NCBI GenBank assembly: GCA_904502285.1
Contig: CAJGEC010000002.1
Span: 15,126 to 79,125 of the forward strand
DNA from: an uncultured Alistipes sp.
GTDB taxonomy: Bacteria; Bacteroidota; Bacteroidia; Bacteroidales; Rikenellaceae
Direction of reading: 5' to 3'
DNA: 64,000 nucleotides
The position numbers and the translations under genes are program-made. The notes under the pieces were generated by a model. That model did no database searches. It was not told where the DNA came from and saw nothing but the letters and a program-made list of their open reading frames with translations. Within the stretch, counting starts at the first letter, position 1; every line of letters starts with the position of its first letter. Positions 57,460 to 64,000 of this stretch are shown here, one piece after another.

Positions 57460-59292
57460 ATGTTTAAAGGACATCCTAAAGGTCTTTATGCCTTAGCCCT
57501 TGCTAACACTGGTGAGCGTTTCGGCTACTACACGATGTTGGCAGTGTTTGCCCTATTCCTTCGCGAGAACTTCGGTTTGGCTGCGGGTACCGCAGGTGCG
57601 ATCTACTCAACCTTCCTTGGTTTGGTCTACTTTATGCCATTGGTAGGTGGTATTCTCGCTGACAAGTTCGGTTTCGGCCGAATGGTTACTATCGGTATTA
57701 CCGTGATGTTTGGCGGTTATATGTTGCTCTCATTCCCATTGGGTGGCGACACTATCGCTATGATTGCTATGATGGCGGCGTTGTTGCTCATCAGCCTTGG
57801 TACTGGTTTGTTCAAGGGTAACCTCCAGGTAATGGTTGGTAACCTCTACGACGATCCACAGTATGCTGATAAGCGCGACTCTGGTTTCTCACTCTTCTAT
57901 ATGGCTATCAACGTAGGTTCGTTGTTCGCCCCTACAACCGCTGTAGGTATCAAGGAGTGGGCTCAGAACAGCCTCGGCTTCTCTTCTAACGACGCTTACC
58001 ACTTCGCATTTGCTGTTGCTTGCGTAGCATTGGTACTCTCAATCGTCATCTACTACGTATTCCGCTCTACCTTCCGCCACGTTGAGGGTGGCAAGAAGAA
58101 GGGCGAGACTGCTCAGATCGTTGATGACCTCACTCCAGAGCAGACCAAGCAGCGTATCGTTGCTTTGTGCCTCGTATTTGCCGTGGTTATCTTCTTCTGG
58201 ATGGCATTCCACCAGAACGGTTTGACCTTGACTTACTTCGCTGACGAGTTCACAAAGACCTCTGCAATGGGTATCGAGACTATGGTATTCAACGTATGGA
58301 ACCTCGCCTTGATCATCATCGCTGTTTACGCTTCATTCTCTATCTTCCAGAGCACAACCGCTAAGGGCAAGATTTTCTCAGGTGCTATCGCATCTGCTGT
58401 TTTGGCATTCTTGGTATATCGTGCTTATGGCATCACTCCAGAGACTACCGTAAACGTATCTGCTCCTATCTTCCAGCAGTTCAACCCATTCTACGTTGTT
58501 GCCTTGACCCCAGTATCAATGGCTATCTTTGGTGCTTTGGCTAAGAGTGGCAAGGAGCCTTCAGCGCCACGTAAGATTGCCTACGGTATGATGGTTGCGG
58601 CTATCGGTTTCGCTATTATGGCTATCGGCTCACGTGGCTTGAACACCCCTAACGACCAGGCTCGCGCTATCGCTGTTGAGAAGGCTGAGGTTTTGGCCGA
58701 GAACATCTTCAACGCTCAGGGCGATGAGGAGGCTTTGAAGGTTGCTGAGAAGGCTAAGAGCGACTTCGAGGGCAAGCTTACTGCCGAGAACAAGGAGATC
58801 TTCGACGCGGTATTCAATGCACAGACCGTTATCCTTGCTGCAAATACACAGGAGGCTACAACAGAGATTATCGCGGAGGAGACTACAGCTCAGGAGGGCG
58901 AGATCGTGGCTGTTGAGGAGCCTACAGTTGATCCAGCAGTTGCTGAGGCTGAGGCTACACTCGCTGCTATCAAGGCAGATACCAAGCCTTCGACACGTAC
59001 CTCTGCATACTGGTTGATCCTTACCTACCTCATTCTCACATTTGCTGAGTTGCTCCTTTCACCTATGGGTATCTCATTCGTATCGAAGGTTGCTCCTCCA
59101 AAGCTCAAGGGTTTGATGATGGGTGGTTGGTTCGTGGCTACTGCTATCGGTAATATGTTGGTTGCTGTTGGTGGTTTCCTCTGGGCAGGTCTTCCATTGT
59201 GGTCGGTATGGACAGTATTCATCGTTCTCTGCTTGCTTTCAGCACTCTTTATGTTTGTGATGATGAAGCGCTTGGAGAGCGTTACTAAGTAA
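57460..59292 (+). CDS. POT/PTR family peptide transporter (paralog 2) with a large acidic insertion
   Basis: GHPKGL, GERFGYY, GTGLFKGN, ELLLSPMGIS; about 115-aa Ala/Glu-rich hydrophilic insert late in the protein. Confidence 0.94.
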   Translation: MFKGHPKGLYALALANTGERFGYYTMLAVFALFLRENFGLAAGTAGAIYSTFLGLVYFMPLVGGILADKFGFGRMVTIGITVMFGGYMLLSFPLGGDTIAMIAMMAALLLISLGTGLFKGNLQVMVGNLYDDPQYADKRDSGFSLFYMAINVGSLFAPTTAVGIKEWAQNSLGFSSNDAYHFAFAVACVALVLSIVIYYVFRSTFRHVEGGKKKGETAQIVDDLTPEQTKQRIVALCLVFAVVIFFWMAFHQNGLTLTYFADEFTKTSAMGIETMVFNVWNLALIIIAVYASFSIFQSTTAKGKIFSGAIASAVLAFLVYRAYGITPETTVNVSAPIFQQFNPFYVVALTPVSMAIFGALAKSGKEPSAPRKIAYGMMVAAIGFAIMAIGSRGLNTPNDQARAIAVEKAEVLAENIFNAQGDEEALKVAEKAKSDFEGKLTAENKEIFDAVFNAQTVILAANTQEATTEIIAEETTAQEGEIVAVEEPTVDPAVAEAEATLAAIKADTKPSTRTSAYWLILTYLILTFAELLLSPMGISFVSKVAPPKLKGLMMGGWFVATAIGNMLVAVGGFLWAGLPLWSVWTVFIVLCLLSALFMFVMMKRLESVTK

Positions 59293-59339
59293 TACTCGAT
59301 TAGCCTTTACAACTAAGGCTGTCCAATAGGACAATGCTT

Positions 59340-59372
59340 TTTGGCGGTGAATTGATTTTCACCGCCAAATTT
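59340..59372 (+). terminator. Intrinsic terminator after POT paralog 2
   Basis: TTTGGCGGTGAA-ttgatt-TTCACCGCCAAA followed by a T-rich tract. Confidence 0.78.
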
Positions 59373-59447
59373 GTTTTATATACTATAGGGGTTATGTAGT
59401 AGTATTATTGTTGAACGATCGCAACCCGTTTTTAAGGCGCGCTAACC

Positions 59448-59537
59448 TTAAACTCACCAAACGCCTAACCTCCTTAACCTCCCTAAACTCCTTAAACTCC
59501 CTAAACTCCCTAAACTCCTTACCCCCCCCTAAACTCC
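59448..59537. repeat. Intergenic 9-bp tandem repeat (YTAAMCTCC)n
   Basis: Six well-conserved units at 59465-59518 plus degenerate units on both sides. Confidence 0.92.
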
Positions 59538-59594
59538 CTCCTGCGTAGCAGGCAAGGCGAGAGCCTTGCCCCCCCCCACCATAGAGCCAAGGGC

Positions 59595-59629
59595 AAAAAA
59601 ATCGGAGCCTCCCGATTGGGAAGCTCCGA
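59595..59629 (-). terminator. Intrinsic terminator of the large lipoprotein gene
   Basis: TCGGAGCcTCCC-gatt-GGGAaGCTCCGA preceded by A7 (U7 on the minus strand). Confidence 0.78.
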
Positions 59630-59651
59630 AAAGTTTACTATTTGTAGTATT

Positions 59652-62600
59652 CTACAACATCTCAGCGTTTGTAGTGTCAATATGGTAAACTGTACCATCC
59701 TCGCCTGTAATAGTACCAATGAATACGAGGTTGCCATCTGCATTTTTCGATACCTCAATATTGATTGCGGCAACAGTAGTGCCCTTACCTGCGATAGAAG
59801 AGAACTGCTTGGTGTAGCTTGTCTTAACACCCTCAGTCAATGGACACTCAGTAAAGCTTACTCGGTGATACTGTGAAAAATTCTCATCAATGTAGAACTT
59901 AACCTCAGTCTCACCCCAATCTTCCTCAAGAGTAGATTCTACACCGTAAATTGTAGGATAAACATCTGAAGACTCGTCGCCACCGCCAACGCCTGGGTTC
60001 TCAGAACCTGGAGCGTAGTTGGAACCCTCGCCAAGGTAGTTAACCTCAACTGCTGGGAGCTGATTCTTGAACTCAACTGAAGTACCGTCCTCGAAAGTAG
60101 CAACAACTACGAAGTACTTCTCGCCAGCCTCACACTCGTATTCGCTTGGAGCCTGAGTCTGAACTGATGTAGCAGCAACGCTTACGCCATCGATAACCTT
60201 CTTAGCCGAGTAAACATAATCCCAACCTGTGTGAGGGCCAAACTCGCAAATTACCTCGATATAGTTGTTATTCTCGTCATACAACCAGAATGCGTACTCA
60301 GCATCACCACCGTTGTACTCATAAAGTTCCATCTTGTTGTCGTACTCAGCGCGAACTGCGTCGAAACCAACTGGCTCTGGCTCTGGCTCTGGCTCTGGAG
60401 CAATATACTGGCTTGGAAGGATAAGGCCAGTGATAGCACCCTCGTAAACTGCGCTGAACGCTGCGTAGGTGTCACCTACCTTAGCCTCAATTTCCAAACG
60501 ATACTTACCATCAACCTCTGAAACAGCTACAGTACCACTATGAATGTCGTCTCTTGTTGAATCGCTGTGAAGGATGTATGAGTAACCGCCTGTGTAGACT
60601 GCACCAGCCCATCCACCGAAGTCATAAGTACCCTCTGGGATAAAGAAAGTGTCGTACTCTGAGATACCGTAGAAGTTCATTACAACCTTATCGCCATTGC
60701 TTCCGTAGAGATTAACATAGTAATCGCTGTAATATATATCACCTGTTGCATCTGCAGAAGTGTAAACTACCTCATCACCTGGCTGCTCTGGCTGCTCTGG
60801 CTGCTCCTCAGCTGGGTAAGTGAACTCACCATAGAGAGTCTGAGCGATAGTGTTATCAGTGAATACCAAACCAAGAGCTACGCGGTAAGTCTTACCAGGA
60901 ACCAACTCATACTTGTAGTCAGCAGTCTGGATAGCAGATGCATCGTAAACGATACCGTTAGTGAAGTCCTCCAACTGACGATACATCCAGTTAGTAGAAA
61001 GTGCCAAATCCTTAAGATCAGCCTCAGACTTTACATAGTATGAATTCGCATCAGTTGAAACCAAGTAAGCAACAGCCTTCTTAAGCTCAAGACCCTCAAG
61101 ACCTGATACGTTGATTGTAGCAGCAGTAGTAGTGAAGTCTACAGACTCGATAGCAAGCTCAGCAGTTGTGTAAACTGGAACTGGTGAAGTGAACTCCTCA
61201 ACTGCCAATGTGTAGTTACCCTCAGTATCAACGATCAAGAGAGCAAACTTCTTTGTTGTACCAGGAGCACCAACATTTGTAGAAACATCGAATGAGTAAC
61301 CATCATTCCACTCGCTGTGGCTGCTGTAACCGTTGATAAGTGCATTCATCAAAGTCTCGTCAGACTCAAATACCTCATCAGTAGGATCACACCACTTGTA
61401 GTATACAGTGTCAGTGTTGTTAGGAACTGAAAGTACATAGTGAAGCTGGAAGTAACCGAAGTCCTCACCCTCAACCAAAGCGTACTCAGCTGGAGTCTCA
61501 GCCTCAACGATAGGCTCAGTTGTGAAAGTGAAGATCTTGACATCATCTGAAGTGTACTCTGTACGACCCTCCTCCTTAGCAAAGATTGCCAAGTAGTAAG
61601 TAGTGTCTGGAGTAGCCTCGAAATACAAACCTGGAACAAGATCAGAGAGAGAGATGTGTGGATCAACTACATCACCCTTACGCTGCCAACCGAATGTATA
61701 GTCATAATCCTGATACTCAATGTACTGGTCGAACTGAAGCTTAAAATAACCCTCAACGTTCTCGCAATAACCATACTCAATATAGTTATTAACCTCAGAC
61801 TCTGAAGCTGGCATAACATTGTACTCAGAACCACCAAGCAACGCTGCGTTGAAGTAAACATTGTTCCAAGTAGTCTCAGCAACCTCCAACTTAACAGTCA
61901 ACTGCTTGAAGTCTGCAAATACTGCACCCTCCATATTGTACTCACCAGTAGTAGAATCAGTTGGGATAACGAATACTACGAATGACTCACCCTCGTAAGT
62001 TATGTCGTAGTAGTTAAGATCAGACTCTACGAGCTCCTTTACAGATGTATGGATAGTGTGCTTCTCGCAAACACCCTCCTCATAAGCTGGAACCTGGAAT
62101 GCCTCAATTGAGTAACCGAGGTTATTTGAATAACCACCAACGATATCAACACCACGCTTCTCGTCAGCCAAGAAATCGCCAGTGTAGTCGAAGTAACGAA
62201 GAACACCTACATAGAAGTTGTTGAACTCAGTAGCCTCATAAGTCTGACCTGTCAACAAGTCAGTTGCCATAAAGGTATCAACCCAAGAGTTCTCGATAGT
62301 GATGTTACCAGCCTTATCAACGTCCAAAGTAATCTCAGCGAGATCAACAGCCAACTTAGCTACCTTGCAAGCACCAGCCTCAGTGTTGAAGTGTACCTGG
62401 ATGAAGCCGTGCTTCTCAGCGTAACCGCTCTTAACGAAATCATTAGATGGAGCAGATACCTTCAAAACGAACTCAGTACCACCTGCTGCCAAAATGCCCA
62501 TACCTGGATCTACGTTGTCCTCATCCTCCTCAGCAACTGGAGCAAGAGCAACCTCTGCCTTCCAACCGAGTGGCTGATTCATTACGTTGATGTCAGCAAC

Positions 62601-63401
62601 AGCGTCGTTGATAGTGAAGAATACGTCCTTAACCTCACCTGCCTTAACATAAACCTGTGCGCGTGCAGAGTTGAACTCGATAAGCTCAGCCTTAGTCACG
62701 TTAAGCTCAGAACCGTCACCCAAAGTGAAAGTAACGGTGCCATCACCATTATCCTTAACACCAGTGAAGAGCTGTGCACCTGCTGCAGAAGCATCCAAAC
62801 CAGACTCTACCCAAGTTTCACCACCGTCGATAGATACCTCGATCTTCATAGTCTCGGTATTTACGCGGAACTGTGGTGCGATAGGCTCCTCTGGCTGATA
62901 AGGATTGTCACATACGTCGTCATCCTGATCGTTACCATCGTAAACAGCTACCTTCTCGCCATTAACGAGGAACCACTCCTTGAACTCGCCCTTCTCATAA
63001 ACTGCCCAGTAAAGAACACCGTTATCCTCTGCAATTGAGAGGTAAGTGTTAGTGTCGGTGTCAGTATCAACTACACCACACTCTGGGTAAACATTGAAAG
63101 TTGTACCGTCAGACAATGTAACAGTAGTTACACCGTTTGCAGTCTCAACCTTAGTAACAACAGTCTTGCCATTGATAAGAGACTCCAATGCCTCAACCTC
63201 CTGTGCAAGCTGATCCTCCAATGCAGCAACGCGCTCTGTCAATGCTGCGAGGTCCTTCTCAACCTTATCAACCTCCTGCTGAACCTTGTTGAGATTGTCC
63301 TTTATAGCTGAATCGTCATAAGAACACGATGCAGCCAATGTCATAGATGCTATAACAGCAGTAGCTACGACCGACTTGAGGGTTGTAAAAAATTTCCTCA
63401 T
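59652..63401 (-). CDS. Large acidic multidomain surface lipoprotein (N-terminal coiled coil, DUF4988-like start)
   Basis: Lipobox LAASC then SYDDSAIK, heptad coiled coil, TVTLSDG/VTFTLGDG beta repeats, EQP and EP linkers; TAAATTTG box at 63486-63493. Function unknown. Confidence 0.8.
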   Translation of the reverse strand: MRKFFTTLKSVVATAVIASMTLAASCSYDDSAIKDNLNKVQQEVDKVEKDLAALTERVAALEDQLAQEVEALESLINGKTVVTKVETANGVTTVTLSDGTTFNVYPECGVVDTDTDTNTYLSIAEDNGVLYWAVYEKGEFKEWFLVNGEKVAVYDGNDQDDDVCDNPYQPEEPIAPQFRVNTETMKIEVSIDGGETWVESGLDASAAGAQLFTGVKDNGDGTVTFTLGDGSELNVTKAELIEFNSARAQVYVKAGEVKDVFFTINDAVADINVMNQPLGWKAEVALAPVAEEDEDNVDPGMGILAAGGTEFVLKVSAPSNDFVKSGYAEKHGFIQVHFNTEAGACKVAKLAVDLAEITLDVDKAGNITIENSWVDTFMATDLLTGQTYEATEFNNFYVGVLRYFDYTGDFLADEKRGVDIVGGYSNNLGYSIEAFQVPAYEEGVCEKHTIHTSVKELVESDLNYYDITYEGESFVVFVIPTDSTTGEYNMEGAVFADFKQLTVKLEVAETTWNNVYFNAALLGGSEYNVMPASESEVNNYIEYGYCENVEGYFKLQFDQYIEYQDYDYTFGWQRKGDVVDPHISLSDLVPGLYFEATPDTTYYLAIFAKEEGRTEYTSDDVKIFTFTTEPIVEAETPAEYALVEGEDFGYFQLHYVLSVPNNTDTVYYKWCDPTDEVFESDETLMNALINGYSSHSEWNDGYSFDVSTNVGAPGTTKKFALLIVDTEGNYTLAVEEFTSPVPVYTTAELAIESVDFTTTAATINVSGLEGLELKKAVAYLVSTDANSYYVKSEADLKDLALSTNWMYRQLEDFTNGIVYDASAIQTADYKYELVPGKTYRVALGLVFTDNTIAQTLYGEFTYPAEEQPEQPEQPGDEVVYTSADATGDIYYSDYYVNLYGSNGDKVVMNFYGISEYDTFFIPEGTYDFGGWAGAVYTGGYSYILHSDSTRDDIHSGTVAVSEVDGKYRLEIEAKVGDTYAAFSAVYEGAITGLILPSQYIAPEPEPEPEPVGFDAVRAEYDNKMELYEYNGGDAEYAFWLYDENNNYIEVICEFGPHTGWDYVYSAKKVIDGVSVAATSVQTQAPSEYECEAGEKYFVVVATFEDGTSVEFKNQLPAVEVNYLGEGSNYAPGSENPGVGGGDESSDVYPTIYGVESTLEEDWGETEVKFYIDENFSQYHRVSFTECPLTEGVKTSYTKQFSSIAGKGTTVAAINIEVSKNADGNLVFIGTITGEDGTVYHIDTTNAEML

Positions 63402-63704
63402 AGTGTTAAAGATTTTAGTTAATAAATTAGTTAGTTATAGTGTCAAAGTTTACACGACAGGGGACAATTCCCCCGATAATCAATGCAAATTTAAGTAAAA
63501 ATTTCTGAATTATGCAACATCTTTGCAATATTTTTTCACACAAATCGCAATTTTATTCCAATATATTCTTTCGGAAATAGGAGAGTATTTTTTCATTTCA
63601 GCATATACACAACTACAATATTTTTATTAACTTTGTCGCCCGAATGAGAATTTATTAAAAATATCACATCGCGATCAATTTATTTTAAATATAAGTAATA
63701 GAGT

Positions 63705-64000
63705 ATGAAACGATCTATCTTTGCACTTATCGCACTGATTGCAGCAGTGGCTGTAGCCTGCGAAAAGCCTGTGGCCCCAAGCGAGCCAAACAACAACTCT
63801 CCACTAACACTGACCTCAGAAGCAACAATCAACGTGCCATCCGAGGGCGGCAACTTCACAATCACATACGACCTCCAGGCCGATGAGAGCGAAACAGCCT
63901 GGGCCGTAGTGGACAACACCGAGGTAGTGACAGCAATGAACTACGAGTCGCGCGGATATGTGCGAATCCACGTCTCGGAGAACACAACCCTCACAAGCCG
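63705..64000 (+). CDS. Lipoprotein with BACON/Ig-like first domain, partial (runs off the window edge)
   Basis: ATG at 63705, open to the end: MKRSIFALIALIAAVAVACEKP...NVPSEGGNFTITY...IHVSENTTLTS; TAACTTTG box at 63628-63635. Confidence 0.8.
   Translation, partial: MKRSIFALIALIAAVAVACEKPVAPSEPNNNSPLTLTSEATINVPSEGGNFTITYDLQADESETAWAVVDNTEVVTAMNYESRGYVRIHVSENTTLTS

Noticed and set aside
59448..59537. Possible CRISPR array
   Set aside because: Contiguous 9-bp units with no spacers, and no cas genes in the window.
60371..60808. CTGGCT and CTGGCTGCT microsatellites in the large lipoprotein gene as phase-variation switches
   Set aside because: Units of 6 and 9 bp keep the frame; they only encode EP and EQP linkers.

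Overview
Core chromosomal region of a Bacteroidota bacterium, most likely an Alistipes-like Rikenellaceae (inferred from TAnnTTTG -7 promoter boxes, A/T-rich non-Shine-Dalgarno starts, gene order and long FtsQ). It holds 50 complete CDSs and 2 partial ones. These include the distal dcw cluster (murG-murC-ftsQ-ftsA-ftsZ-gldE), topA, the yfhO-ftsX-uppP-truB-queA operon, lipA-lipB-recJ, udp-dnaN-dnaQ-LysM-rex-ribF, glmM, glgB, two tandem POT peptide transporters and a 1249-aa surface lipoprotein. I saw no rRNA, tRNA, CRISPR array, integrase or transposase. The best candidate for an undescribed system is the operon at 33091-37778. All four of its exported products carry a Cys pair (periplasmic TlpA CKPC, outer-membrane barrel CSGGVC, two Omp28-like lipoproteins CGFC/CGYC), suggesting a thiol-disulfide relay across the outer membrane. 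Other notable signals: none of the 50 complete genes ends in TGA (28 TAA, 22 TAG); CCGG and CATG look strongly depleted; an L,D-transpeptidase has Ser in place of its catalytic Cys; nested palindromic MITE-like elements lie upstream of the redox operon; and one POT transporter has an insertion where mammalian PepT1/2 carry their extracellular domain. Family names come from motif recognition and memory, not database searches.
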